From positions 64,001 to 128,000 of the forward strand of contig JAXGPF010000004.1 in the NCBI GenBank assembly GCA_040767085.1: DNA of 64,000 bases, given 5' to 3'. Shown one piece after another: positions 9,479-19,943 of the stretch (its first letter is position 1; every line of letters starts with the position of its first letter). The position numbers and the translations under genes are program-made. Origin of the DNA: Kiritimatiellia bacterium. Lineage in GTDB: Bacteria > Verrucomicrobiota > Kiritimatiellia > JAAZAB01. Below the pieces are notes generated by a model. That model made no database searches and was not told the DNA's origin. It worked only from the letters and a program-made list of their open reading frames with translations.

Positions 9479-10692
9479 ACGTGAGCGATACGATTGACCG
9501 CGCCAACGAGCGGAAATTGACGAATGTGTTTGAGCGCTACCTGACTGTCTGGGTGGCGCTCTGCATCATGGCCGGCATCTTGCTCGGGAAAGTGGCGCCG
9601 GGCGTGGCCAGGTATCTCGATGGCCTGGCTGTCTTTGTAAATGGCGCGCCGGTGGTCTCGATCCCCATCGCCATCTGCCTCTTCTGCATGATGTATCCCA
9701 TCATGGTCAAGATTGACTTTGCGTCCGTGATCAAAGCGGGCCAGAGCGGCAAACCCGTCTGGCTGACGCTGTTTGTGAATTGGGCCGTCAAGCCGTTCAC
9801 CATGTATGCCATCGCCCTTTTCTTCCTGGGCTTTCTGTTCCGGGGCCTAATTGGCGCGGAAGCGACCGACTTGGTGAAAATGCCTTTCGGCCTGGACCTG
9901 GCCGTGGGGGCCACGCATGGCGCGGGGATCGTGGTGCTGCATGAAGGGGTGAAAATGCTGCAGGTGCCCCTCTGGCGCAGCTATTTCGCCGGCTGCATCC
10001 TGCTGGGAATTGCGCCTTGCACGGCGATGGTGCTGGTGTGGGGGTACCTGGCCCGGGGCAATGACGGCCTGACCCTGATCATGGTGGCGATCAATTCGTT
10101 GTCCATGCTCCTCCTGTACGGCTTGTTGGGCGGTTTTTTGCTGGGGGTGGGGCGCCTGCCGGTGCCGTGGCAGGCGTTGTTGTTGTCCATCGTGATTTAT
10201 GTGGCGCTGCCGTTGGCGGCCGGCTATATGTCACGCAAGTGGATCATCCGGGCCCGGGGCGAGGCGTGGTTCAAAGAGAAGTTCCTGCATGTGCTTACGC
10301 CGGTTACGATCATTGCCCTTTTGACCACGTTGGTATTGCTCTTCAGCTTCAAGGGTGAGACCATCCTGGGCAACCCGCTGACGATTTTATGGATAGCCAT
10401 TCCCCTGTTCATCCAGACCATGTTGATTTTCTGGCTGGGTTATGGCGCAGCCAAACTCCTGAAATTGTCATACCGTGATGCGGCGCCTGCCGCTATGATC
10501 GGGGCTTCGAATCATTTCGAAGTGGCGATTGCCACTGCCACGATGTTGTTTGGGCTCTCGTCCGGAGCGGCCCTGGCGACGGTGGTGGGGGTATTGATCG
10601 AGGTGCCGCTGATGCTTTGGCTGGTGCGGATTTGCCTGCGGACGCAAAAATGGTTCCCGGCGGGTGTGGCGGAACGTGGCGGCGCGCCATGA
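9475..10692 (+). CDS. acr3: Acr3 family arsenite efflux transporter
   Basis: [40 protein letters not shown]. Confidence 0.95.
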   Translation: MNVSDTIDRANERKLTNVFERYLTVWVALCIMAGILLGKVAPGVARYLDGLAVFVNGAPVVSIPIAICLFCMMYPIMVKIDFASVIKAGQSGKPVWLTLFVNWAVKPFTMYAIALFFLGFLFRGLIGAEATDLVKMPFGLDLAVGATHGAGIVVLHEGVKMLQVPLWRSYFAGCILLGIAPCTAMVLVWGYLARGNDGLTLIMVAINSLSMLLLYGLLGGFLLGVGRLPVPWQALLLSIVIYVALPLAAGYMSRKWIIRARGEAWFKEKFLHVLTPVTIIALLTTLVLLFSFKGETILGNPLTILWIAIPLFIQTMLIFWLGYGAAKLLKLSYRDAAPAAMIGASNHFEVAIATATMLFGLSSGAALATVVGVLIEVPLMLWLVRICLRTQKWFPAGVAERGGAP

Positions 10693-11606
10693 ATGTACGG
10701 GAAAATCTGTCAACGGCCTGCCGGCATCAACGCAGCATGCGGGCGGTCAATCTGGGGCTGGGCGCCAACCTTTTGCTGGCGGCGGTGAAAACCGCCGCCG
10801 GCATCCTGGGGCACAGCTCGGCGTTGCTCGCGGATGGCGTCAACTCCACTTCGGACGTGGTGTTTTTTGTCATCGTGCGGGTTTTCATGTCATTCGCCGG
10901 TAAGCCGGCCGACCGCGAGCATCCTTATGGACACAACCAGATGGAAAGCATCGCCGCGTTGGTGGTGGGCGCCTTTGTCATGGCCACGGCGGTGGCGATA
11001 TTCTGGGATTCCGTCAACGCGGCGTTCGATATGTTTATAGGGAAGGCCGATCGAATTCACGCCGCCGGCTTCACGCTTTGGGTGGCGCTGGGAACTGTTG
11101 TCATAAAAATCGCGCTCACCGTCGTGACCCGTCTGCTGGCAGGGCAGACCGGAAATGCCGCCGTGCTGGCACTGGCGCAGGATCACCGGAACGACGCCTT
11201 TTCCGCGGCGGGTGCGGCGCTGGGAATCCTTGTCGGACGGATGGGGCATCACTGGGCGGACCCCCTGGCAGGCGCCATTGTCTCGCTGATCGTTTTCAAA
11301 ACCGGCATTCAGATACTCCGGGATTCATCGGCTAATTTGATGGATGCGGTGCCGGGCGACGCCCTCGACAAACAGGTGCGCGGCCTGCTCGCCGGCCTGC
11401 CGGCGGTGATTGAGGTGGAAGAAGTCCAGGCGCATCATTTCGGGCCATACCTGGTTTTGAATGTCACCATTGGCATCAACGGCCTCCTGAGTGTTGTGTC
11501 TGGCGACCAGATTGCTTCGGAAGTCGAACGGATTCTTGTGAAAAACGTCGGATTCACGCGCCGCGTGCATGTGCATTACCACCCGGCGCAAACGAAAAGC
11601 GGATGA
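10689..11606 (+). CDS. CDF family cation diffusion facilitator (FieF-like)
   Basis: [28 protein letters not shown]. Confidence 0.88.
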   Translation: MNVRENLSTACRHQRSMRAVNLGLGANLLLAAVKTAAGILGHSSALLADGVNSTSDVVFFVIVRVFMSFAGKPADREHPYGHNQMESIAALVVGAFVMATAVAIFWDSVNAAFDMFIGKADRIHAAGFTLWVALGTVVIKIALTVVTRLLAGQTGNAAVLALAQDHRNDAFSAAGAALGILVGRMGHHWADPLAGAIVSLIVFKTGIQILRDSSANLMDAVPGDALDKQVRGLLAGLPAVIEVEEVQAHHFGPYLVLNVTIGINGLLSVVSGDQIASEVERILVKNVGFTRRVHVHYHPAQTKSG

Positions 11607-11765
11607 ATTATTGTTTCAGGATTTCCAGCGCGAACGGATGGCCGTCGTCCGCCAATGCCTGCCTACGCCTGGCTTCGGCGCGGCATGCAGTTCGGCGCTA
11701 AAGGACAGCAATCCGGATCCGGGTTTGCCGCCCGCATCAGGAAGTCTGATATTATTTTGAGAACC

Positions 11766-12740
11766 TTAACACCGGCCCGGCAGACAGCCGGCCTGGACCA
11801 GGTTGGCGCGGATACGTTCGAGCGGCGGACGGTCGTCGGCTGTAAATTCGCTGCCGGTGATCGTCTCATACGCCTGAATGTACCGGCGGGCGGCTTCGAG
11901 CCTGACTTCGTCCGGCATGGCCGGCGGGTTGCCTTCGCCGCGGAATCCCTGCGCGGCGAACCATTCGCGCACGTATTCCTTGTCAATCTTGCGCTGGTCC
12001 CGGCCGGCCTGGAAAAGCTCCGCATAGGTGTCGGCTAACCAGTAGCGCGAGGAATCCGGAGTGTGAATTTCGTCCGAGATCAGCAGCCGGCCGTCCCGGA
12101 GGCCTAGTTCGTACTTGGTGTCAACCAGGATCAGGCCGCGTTCCCGGGCGCGTTCAACGCCGAACCGGAACAGGCGCATGCAAATTCCAGCCGCGGCATC
12201 GAAGGTGGCGGCATCTATCAGTTTTTCCGCAATCGCCTGGGCGCGGGAGATCGGCCGGTCGTGCTTTTCGAACTTGGTGGAGGGGGTCAGGATGGGCTCC
12301 GGCAATTGCTGGTCGCGCCGCAGTCCTTCCGGGAGGACATGGCCGCAATATTCCCGCGCGCCCTGCTGGTAATTATACCAGAGCGACGTCTTGGTGACGC
12401 CGGTGATGTATCCGCGCACGACGAACTCCAACGCCAGTTGTTCGCATTCCTCCACCACCATCACGCAAGGGTCGGGTGTGGCCGCCATGTGATTGGGCGC
12501 CACCTGGCGCGATGCATTGAACCAGTAGGCCGCCAGTTGATTCAGCACCTGCCCCTTGAAGGGAATTGTGCCCAGGACCCGGTCGAAGGCCGAAATCCGG
12601 TCGGTGGCTACCATCACCATGCTGCCTTTGTGCCGGTAAATATCGCGGACCTTGCCGCGGGTTTTCCGGCCCAGGCCTTTGAAATCGGTGTTTTCCACCG
12701 TCCGGCTCAATTCCTGCCGCAAGCGATTTTCGGAAATCAT
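11766..12740 (-). CDS. purC: Phosphoribosylaminoimidazole-succinocarboxamide synthase
   Basis: GKVRDIY, TDRISAFD, LVDTKYELG, DEIHTPDSSRYW. Confidence 0.95.
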   Translation of the reverse strand: MISENRLRQELSRTVENTDFKGLGRKTRGKVRDIYRHKGSMVMVATDRISAFDRVLGTIPFKGQVLNQLAAYWFNASRQVAPNHMAATPDPCVMVVEECEQLALEFVVRGYITGVTKTSLWYNYQQGAREYCGHVLPEGLRRDQQLPEPILTPSTKFEKHDRPISRAQAIAEKLIDAATFDAAAGICMRLFRFGVERARERGLILVDTKYELGLRDGRLLISDEIHTPDSSRYWLADTYAELFQAGRDQRKIDKEYVREWFAAQGFRGEGNPPAMPDEVRLEAARRYIQAYETITGSEFTADDRPPLERIRANLVQAGCLPGRC

Positions 12741-12775
12741 AATGCCATCCCTCCCGTGGTTCCCGCCCACCCCGC

Positions 12776-13384
12776 TCACATGCCCGCACATACTTCCGCC
12801 CCGCGCGCCCACTCCACCAATACCCGCCGGCGATAAAGTCCCTCGCTTAAATGCGTGTTTTCAAAATTCAAACGCAACCGCAGGGCCGTTCCGTCCGCGG
12901 CGTCGCGGGCGGCGATAGCGCCTGACACCTGCTCCGCATTCCACTGCCGCTCCGGAATTTCCGCCCATTCGAGCAACCAGGCCAGCAGGTAAGCGAAAAT
13001 CTCGGCATCCACGCAATCGCGCGGCAACTCGCGGACGCAAACCTGCTCCGCGCCGGCCCGCAACTCCAATTTCACGGCGCCGGGCAATCCCAGCAATTCG
13101 CACTCGGCCATCACCGCGGCCAACGATTCGCGCCGGCCCGCGGCCGCTGTGCATTGAATTTCGCGCTCCAAAGCCAGGGTGGGAAACAACATGTCCGGCT
13201 GCAGCGGTCCGTCCATCAAGGCCGTCAACGCCATGGCATCGCAACGGGGATAATCCGAGCGCGTTTCCTGCAGGAGCGCCAGCCAGAACCGGGCGGCGGA
13301 GTTGGCGTAAGGCACGCCGCGCACGTACAACGGCCGCAGCGCCGGGCCGCCGGGGTGCTTGTCGTCCGCCAGCATGCGTGACAT
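12776..13384 (-). CDS. Hypothetical protein
   Basis: About 200-aa ORF between tRNA-His and purC; start uncertain. Confidence 0.6.
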   Translation of the reverse strand: MSRMLADDKHPGGPALRPLYVRGVPYANSAARFWLALLQETRSDYPRCDAMALTALMDGPLQPDMLFPTLALEREIQCTAAAGRRESLAAVMAECELLGLPGAVKLELRAGAEQVCVRELPRDCVDAEIFAYLLAWLLEWAEIPERQWNAEQVSGAIAARDAADGTALRLRLNFENTHLSEGLYRRRVLVEWARGAEVCAGM

Positions 13385-13474
13385 ACCTGGGATTCTCCTG
13401 GCCGGGCCGTGCGCCCCTGAAGACGGCAGGTTCAGGATGAAATCATCCCGGTCGGTCTGGGCCCCGCGTTGAAA

Positions 13475-13552
13475 TGGGGTGGGTAACGGGATTTGAACCC
13501 GCGACATTCAGATCCACAATCTGACGCTCTAACCAACTGAGCTATACCCACC
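13475..13552 (-). tRNA. tRNA-His (GTG)
   Basis: GGTGGGTATAGCTCAGTTGGTTAGAGC...TTGTGGA...GGTTCAAATCC...TACCCACCCCA; G-1:C73 pair and encoded CCA. Confidence 0.96.
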
Positions 13553-13622
13553 GGCAAAAACCGGGGAGCAGTATGGCACATCCGGGAGCGGATTTCAACC
13601 GGAATCTTGGGCGGCGCGCAGA

Positions 13623-14540
13623 TTATACCGAAACGCCCAGGATTTCCAGGACGCGGTTGAAATCGTCATTTGAATAAAAATCGATTTCCAGCGTGCCCTT
13701 GATCTTGCGGCCGCCGGCCAGGGTGCGCGAAGGCGCAATGCGCACGGCCGTCCCGAAATGCTGGTGCAGGACATCGGTCAGATGCCGCAGGTGCTCCGGC
13801 GGGATATCCACATCCTGGGTGCGCCGCGAACGGCGTCCGCCGCGCGCCAGGCGCGCGACAACCTTTTCCGTGTTGCGCACCGACCAGCCTTCCGCCGCCG
13901 CCCGGCGCGCCAGAAGGCAGCGTTCCTCCGGCAAAGCCACGCCCAGCAGCACCTTGGCGTGGCCGGCGGAAAGGCGGCCGTCGGACAACATGGTCTGCAC
14001 TTCCTCGGGCAAATCCAGCAGGCGCAGGGCATTGGCCACGGTGGCGCGAGCCTTCCCCACCCGGCCGGCAATGGCTTCCTGGGACAAGCCGAACTGGTCG
14101 GCCAACCGCTGGTAGCCGCGGGCCTCCTCCATGGGATTCAGGTCGGCACGCTGGAGATTTTCCACCAGCGCCATTTCCAGCGAGCCCTGGTCGCCAATTT
14201 CCACCACGCGCACCGGAACAACGGCCAGGCCGGCCTGGCGCGCGGCGCGCAAACGCCTTTCGCCCGCCACCAGTTCATACCGGCCGCCCTGCTTGCGCAC
14301 CAGCAAAGCCTGGAGCACCCCGCAGGATTTGATGGAAGCGGCCAATTCATCCAGCGATTCCGGCGTGAAGTCATCCCGCGGCTGCAGCGGGTTGACGTGA
14401 ATCAGATTCAGCGCCAACTCCGTCGGCGGTAAATCAGGGGACAGCGCCGCCGGGACCGCCGCTTCCGCGGCAGGCGCGGGCACGGGACTGTCCTTGATCA
14501 ATGCAGCCAAACCGCGCCCTAGACCATGTTTAGCGGCCAT
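13623..14540 (-). CDS. parB: ParB/Spo0J chromosome partition protein
   Basis: GLGRGLAALI, AGERRLRA, ENLQRADLNPMEEA, HTH. Confidence 0.95.
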   Translation of the reverse strand: MAAKHGLGRGLAALIKDSPVPAPAAEAAVPAALSPDLPPTELALNLIHVNPLQPRDDFTPESLDELAASIKSCGVLQALLVRKQGGRYELVAGERRLRAARQAGLAVVPVRVVEIGDQGSLEMALVENLQRADLNPMEEARGYQRLADQFGLSQEAIAGRVGKARATVANALRLLDLPEEVQTMLSDGRLSAGHAKVLLGVALPEERCLLARRAAAEGWSVRNTEKVVARLARGGRRSRRTQDVDIPPEHLRHLTDVLHQHFGTAVRIAPSRTLAGGRKIKGTLEIDFYSNDDFNRVLEILGVSV

Positions 14541-14703
14541 AAGCGTATTCTTTCTGCTTTCGGAATGAATTTTGAAATGATTTTGCGCCGGATGAACTTA
14601 GTGGGTAAATAAAAGCGCAATCACCTGCCATTGTCAATGAAAATTGCCACCAAACCCCGCAGCATACGTTGACATCCGCCCGACTTACCGTTACCATGCG
14701 CAC

Positions 14704-15768
14704 ATGCAAAGTCACCATCGCGCCGCCATGCATGCATCCGCCCCCACCCGGCCGGCGGCGCCGCGCTTCCCGGTAATTGACTTTCACAACCACGCCTGGG
14801 CCGGGTTTAATCCCGCCCGCGTGGCCCGCATCATGGACCAGGCCGGCATCGCTTTGTACGGCAATCTCACCGGCAACATGCAAATAGTCTGGGCAGGCGG
14901 CGGCTACCAATGGCAGGAAACCCCGTTCAACGCCGTCATGTCCCGCGCCAGGCCGCGGACGGCGCGGCGTTTCTTCAGTTTCACCGCCGCCACTTTCGCC
15001 CGGCCGGCTACCCGTCCGCTTTTCAATGATGCCGCCCGTTTTATTGACGAGACGCTGGCCATGCTGAACCAACATGCCCGGCAGGGCGCGCGCGGGCTGA
15101 AGGTCCTCAAGGAACTCGGCTTGCATCACCGCGACGGCCAAGGCCGGCTGATCTTCTGCGACGACCGGCGGCTGGCCCCGGTCTGGGATGAATGCGCCCG
15201 CCTGGGCCTGCCCGTGCTGATTCACCAGGCCGACCCGCGCGGCTTCTTCCAGCCGATCCGTCCGGCCAACCCGCATTATACGTCCCTGCAAAAATACCCG
15301 TCCTGGAGTTATGCCGACCGGCGCCGGTTTCCAGCATTCGCCGTGCTGCAGCGGCATTGCCGCCACCTGGTGCAACGCCATCCGCGCACCAGATTCATCC
15401 TGCCCCACATGGCCAACTTGCCCGAAAACCTGGAGTATGTCGGCGATTTGTTGGAGTCCTGCCCGAACCTGACCGTGGATTGCTCGGCGCGGATTGACGA
15501 CCTGGGGCATCATCCCGATGCCGCGCGCGCGTTTTTTATCCGGTGGCAGGACCGCCTGCTGTTCGGCACGGACATGCCGCCATCGGTTAAAATGTATCGC
15601 TGTTATTTCCAGTTCCTCGAGACGGATGACGACGGCATCATCCCGCCCGATTATGACGGCACCTTCGGCCGTTACCGCTGGCGGATTCGCGGATTAAAAC
15701 TCCCGGACAAGGTCCTGCGCAAGATTTATCATAACAATGCCGCAAGCCTGCTGGGCACAGGGCAGTGA
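14704..15768 (+). CDS. Amidohydrolase_2 family protein
   Basis: IDFHNH, GLKVLK, PVLIHQAD, ILPHMA, RLLFGTD. Confidence 0.85.
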   Translation: MQSHHRAAMHASAPTRPAAPRFPVIDFHNHAWAGFNPARVARIMDQAGIALYGNLTGNMQIVWAGGGYQWQETPFNAVMSRARPRTARRFFSFTAATFARPATRPLFNDAARFIDETLAMLNQHARQGARGLKVLKELGLHHRDGQGRLIFCDDRRLAPVWDECARLGLPVLIHQADPRGFFQPIRPANPHYTSLQKYPSWSYADRRRFPAFAVLQRHCRHLVQRHPRTRFILPHMANLPENLEYVGDLLESCPNLTVDCSARIDDLGHHPDAARAFFIRWQDRLLFGTDMPPSVKMYRCYFQFLETDDDGIIPPDYDGTFGRYRWRIRGLKLPDKVLRKIYHNNAASLLGTGQ

Positions 15769-16062
15769 CGGCGGCATCTTTTGCGTTTTCCAGGCATTGC
15801 CATCCAACGCCCGCAAGGCGGGCCGGCGCGGCAACACTTCCGGAACTTTTAATGCGGTTTCTGAGTTTTGCGCCATGTGCGGCTTTTGCGGCAAGGGATG
15901 GATGGTTTAAACTTTTCCGCCAGATGCCAGGGCAAATATCCAATACAATAATGCAAATATACATGCCTGACCGTTTGACCGGCTGGTTGACCCGAGCTAA
16001 CATGCAATAAATGATTTGATGTTTGTTGAAATGATTGTGAGCAATTTGGGAGTTAACGCTAT

Positions 16063-17445
16063 ATGATCAAGACTAAGGTAGGATTTGTCGTTTACGGCGT
16101 GCATAAGGACGGGCTGCAGGATCCGATGGGGGTCCCTTTCATTGACGACGCTCTGGTGGCCCGTTCCAAAGCGGCGCTGCGGAGCGCCGGGTTGGATTTG
16201 ATCGAGCATCCGGTGGTAGTGGCCTCGCGCATGGAAGCCCGCGAATGCTTCGCCAAGTTCAAAAAAATGGATGACGTGTCGGGGCTGGTGCTCTTTGCCG
16301 GCACCTGGGTCTGGGCCGCGCACCTGCTGGGCGCCTTGCGCGATTACGCCATGGCCGGCAAAAGCCTGGCCGTCTGGACCCATCCCGGCTCGCAAGGCTG
16401 GCGTCCGGTGGGCGGACTGGTGTTGCATGGCGCACTGATGGAGGCGGACATCCCGCACCGGTTCGTTTACGGGGCCGCCGAGGAATCCGACACGGTCAGC
16501 CGGATCGTCAGTTATTGCCGCGCCGGCGCCATGCGCCAGAGGCTGAACCAGGCGGTCTTCGGTGTCTTCGGCGGGCGCGGCATGGGCCAGAGCTGCGGCG
16601 TGGCCGATCCGTCCCAATGGATGCGATCCTTCGGCGTAGACCTCGATTCGCGCGACACCACGCAACTCATCCGCACTGCCGACGCGGTGACGGCCGCGGA
16701 ATTAAAGGCCGTGCGCCGGAAAATTCAGCCGCTGTTCAGCGAGCCGGTGCCGGCCGGCGCCGCCGCGGATCGCTCGCTGCGGGTGTACCTGGCGCTGAAA
16801 AAAATCCTGGCCGCCGAGCAGTGGGACGGCTACACCATCCAGTCCTTCCCCGGCCTGGGCGACGAGTATTGCGCCACCTGCCTGGCGCAAAGCCTGATGC
16901 TCGAAGACGGCGTCGGCACCTCCACCCTGAGCGATTTTAACACCCTGCTGACGGTCAAGCTGCTGACCGATTTCAGCCGCGAGCGCGTGTATTACGGCGA
17001 CCTCCAGCATATTGACAAGCAGCAGAAGGAAATCAAGATCATTGGCGATGGCGCCTGCCCGCCGTCGCTGGCCGGCAAACTCGGCCCCGCCGGCTTCGCC
17101 GAACACGGCATCCCCACTGAGGGAGAGGCCGGCGGCATATCCGTCAAACTCATCTGCAAGCCCGGCGATGGCGTGCTGGCGCGCCTGGGCCGCCGCGCGG
17201 GCAGATTCGAGCTGGTGGTATGCCGCTGCACCGTCTTCGAGCCGCCGGCAGCGACAATCGAAAAACGCCAGTTGGAATGCGGCATCCCATTCTGGCCGCA
17301 TGCCTTCGTCACCGCGCAGGCGGACATGGACAAGCTGCTGCAGGCCTGGAACAACGAATACGCCTGCCTGGGTTACGGCATGCACTTGTTCGACGACCTG
17401 CAAGCCTTCGCGGAGTTGGCCGGGATTGATTTTATTGCGCCGTAA
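16063..17445 (+). CDS. L-fucose/L-arabinose isomerase-like protein
   Basis: GVFGGRGMG, RLGR, WPHAFV...NEY pattern of FucI/AraA-like fold. Confidence 0.7.
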   Translation: MIKTKVGFVVYGVHKDGLQDPMGVPFIDDALVARSKAALRSAGLDLIEHPVVVASRMEARECFAKFKKMDDVSGLVLFAGTWVWAAHLLGALRDYAMAGKSLAVWTHPGSQGWRPVGGLVLHGALMEADIPHRFVYGAAEESDTVSRIVSYCRAGAMRQRLNQAVFGVFGGRGMGQSCGVADPSQWMRSFGVDLDSRDTTQLIRTADAVTAAELKAVRRKIQPLFSEPVPAGAAADRSLRVYLALKKILAAEQWDGYTIQSFPGLGDEYCATCLAQSLMLEDGVGTSTLSDFNTLLTVKLLTDFSRERVYYGDLQHIDKQQKEIKIIGDGACPPSLAGKLGPAGFAEHGIPTEGEAGGISVKLICKPGDGVLARLGRRAGRFELVVCRCTVFEPPAATIEKRQLECGIPFWPHAFVTAQADMDKLLQAWNNEYACLGYGMHLFDDLQAFAELAGIDFIAP

Positions 17446-17617
17446 TGGCGTTCGAAGTTCGGGGTTCACTAAAACCTCAAAACCAATCATTCTGAATTCA
17501 GACGCCTGCATGCTGAATTCATGTAAAACTTTTGTTTTGAATGTGCTCGACAGCTTGATAATTCTCCTGTTTCCTGTATGATTTCCAACTATCACAAACC
17601 CCTTTTGGAAAAAGCAT

Positions 17618-18679
17618 ATGCTGGAATTCAAACCGGACGCGGACAAGGTTTTTGAGCGGCTGACGGCCTGGTGGAACGGCGAGGTGCTCGACCGGGCGAA
17701 CATTGCCATCGTGGCGCCGAAAAAGGGAGCGTTATTAAAAAACATCCCGGCGCCGGCCACGCTGGAAAAACAGTGGACTGACATTGATTATGTCATCGAA
17801 AAACACTTCGCCCGCATGGCCGCCACCGCCTACATGGGCGATGCCTTGCCGTGCATGCGCGCGGAGCTGGGTCCAAATTTCCTCGCCGCCACCCTGGGTT
17901 GCAAGCTGAATTTTCTGCCCGATACCACCTGGACCGAACCGGCCATTGCCGACTGGCAATCGTTTCAGGGCTTGCCCGATTACCATGCCAGCCGTTGGTA
18001 CCAACTCACCGTCAAAATGACGGAGCGGGTTGCCGCCGAAGCCGAAGGGCGCTGCATCGCCCAGATGCCGGACTTGCATTGCGGCGGCGATGCGGTGGCG
18101 GCATTGCGCGGCAATGAGCCGTTTTTGCTCGATTTTTATGACAACCCCGGCCGCCTGCGCCAAACGCTGGGCATGGTTGACGATATTGCCTGCGAGATGG
18201 TGGATACATTTTACCGGCTCACCACCATGCACGGCCAGCCTGGCAGCACCGGGTTCCTGGTTTGGGGGCCGGGCAAAACTTTCCCGCTGCAGGATGACAC
18301 CCTGGCGCTGGTATCGCCCGCCGCCGCGCGCGAATTCCTGTTGCCCGGACTGCTCAAGCAGGCGCGCCATGTGGATCACGCCATGCTGCATCTGGATGGG
18401 CCCGCGGCGCTGGACAAGCTGGATATGCTGCTTGAGTCTCCCGAAATTCACGGCATTCAATGGCAGCCCGGCGCTGCGCATCGCCCCAAAATCCAATGGA
18501 TACCGCTGATGCAACGCATCCTGAAAGCGGGCAAGCTGCTTTATACCGGCTGCACCGCCGCGGAAGTCGAGCCGCTCCTGACGGCCTTGCCGAGCCGTGG
18601 TCTGCGCCTCAGCTTGACCGCGCGCAGCGAGGAGGAAGGCGAACATATTTTGAAGCTGGCGGCGAAATTGACGCATTAG
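17618..18679 (+). CDS. Uroporphyrinogen decarboxylase/MtaA-like (corrinoid methyltransferase superfamily) protein
   Basis: PDLHCGGDAVAALRG, LQDD...VSP...EF, HLDG, IQWQPG. Confidence 0.7.
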   Translation: MLEFKPDADKVFERLTAWWNGEVLDRANIAIVAPKKGALLKNIPAPATLEKQWTDIDYVIEKHFARMAATAYMGDALPCMRAELGPNFLAATLGCKLNFLPDTTWTEPAIADWQSFQGLPDYHASRWYQLTVKMTERVAAEAEGRCIAQMPDLHCGGDAVAALRGNEPFLLDFYDNPGRLRQTLGMVDDIACEMVDTFYRLTTMHGQPGSTGFLVWGPGKTFPLQDDTLALVSPAAAREFLLPGLLKQARHVDHAMLHLDGPAALDKLDMLLESPEIHGIQWQPGAAHRPKIQWIPLMQRILKAGKLLYTGCTAAEVEPLLTALPSRGLRLSLTARSEEEGEHILKLAAKLTH

Positions 18680-18737
18680 TGCCTTAAACCACAGTAACTG
18701 CCCAAAAATTGGAGGGCAGTTACTGTAGTTTAAGGCA
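18680..18737. repeat. 24-bp inverted repeat with 10-nt loop
   Basis: TGCCTTAAACCACAGTAACTGCCC (18680-18703) vs GGGCAGTTACTGTAGTTTAAGGCA (18714-18737), 1 mismatch. Confidence 0.9.
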
Positions 18738-19049
18738 TGGTGAAGGGGAAGGCGACAGGTAAAGGTGCAGTTAGCCCGCAAGCGGGCCAGATGATTCCGG
18801 ATTGGTTCCGGATCAAATTACACATTCACCACCTCACAGGAGGATGGCAAGCTTGTAGCCTGAACCGGCCGGCGGTATTCGGCTGCTTGGGCTTGGCGGG
18901 GCTGTGTCCGCCGAAGCCTTGGCGCAGGAGGATGGCCGCAGGCCGAAATGTAATATCCGCTCTTGGCGTTCCTGGCGTCCTGGCGGTGAAATGTGCCTCG
19001 CCAATAAGCCTGATTGAATTTAGAAAACAGGAAAGCAGGAAAATATTTT

Positions 19050-19943
19050 ATGCCAGGCAAAAAGAGCATATTTCACTTCAAATCAGGTAAATGGTATTTG
19101 CAAGCTGCGCCGGATGACGGCGCGCGCATTACCCGCCTGGCCTATGACGGATTCGATTTGCTGACTCCGGCGCCGTCCCGGTTCCGGCCGCCTAAACGGG
19201 ACTACGGCCTTTACGAAACGCGGCCTGTTGGCGGATATGACGATTGTTTTCCCAGCGTGGAAACCTGCCGGTTTCCCGGCCGGAACTGGCGAGTGCCCGA
19301 CCATGGCGAATTATGCTGGCTGCCATGGACGGTGCAACCGGCACGCGGCGGCCTGCGGTTTACCGTTCAATCGCAAAGGCTGCCGCTGACTTTCAGCCGT
19401 ACCATGATATTTTCTGAAAACCGGCTGACCTGGCAATTCGAGGTCAAGTCTGGGGCACGCGGGGCGCTTCCCTTCCAGCACATCATGCATCCGCTGATGC
19501 CGCTGGATCAAATTTACATTGCCGGATCGAAATTGCCGCCTTGCGGAATTATTTATGATGAAACCAGTAAAAAGCCTTTAAAACGGGTGCAAGCCGCGCG
19601 ATCCGGCAGCGCCGGCATACGCGCTATTCTGGAATCAATCAAGCCCGGCGAATTCAGGATGCTGATTTTAAGAAACGTAAAATCTGGAAATTTCATCCTG
19701 GCTTTTAAGAACGGGATATGTTTAAAAGTAAAATTCCCCCGAAAATATTTTAATTCACTGGGCATCTGGTGGAATAATCGCGGATATCCGGATGAGCCGG
19801 GCATTCGACGCTGCGAATGCGCATTCGAGCCCATCCCGGGACCAGCCAGTTCCCTGGCGCGCTCCGTCCGCTCCGGCGATGACATGATCGTTCTACCAGG
19901 ACAAAACCTGGCATGGAATGTTGTATGGGAAATAACAAGATAA
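19050..19943 (+). CDS. Galactose mutarotase/aldose epimerase-like protein
   Basis: GARIT.L, GGYDDCFPSV, DHGELCWLPW, H.MHP, CAFEP. Confidence 0.75.
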   Translation: MPGKKSIFHFKSGKWYLQAAPDDGARITRLAYDGFDLLTPAPSRFRPPKRDYGLYETRPVGGYDDCFPSVETCRFPGRNWRVPDHGELCWLPWTVQPARGGLRFTVQSQRLPLTFSRTMIFSENRLTWQFEVKSGARGALPFQHIMHPLMPLDQIYIAGSKLPPCGIIYDETSKKPLKRVQAARSGSAGIRAILESIKPGEFRMLILRNVKSGNFILAFKNGICLKVKFPRKYFNSLGIWWNNRGYPDEPGIRRCECAFEPIPGPASSLARSVRSGDDMIVLPGQNLAWNVVWEITR

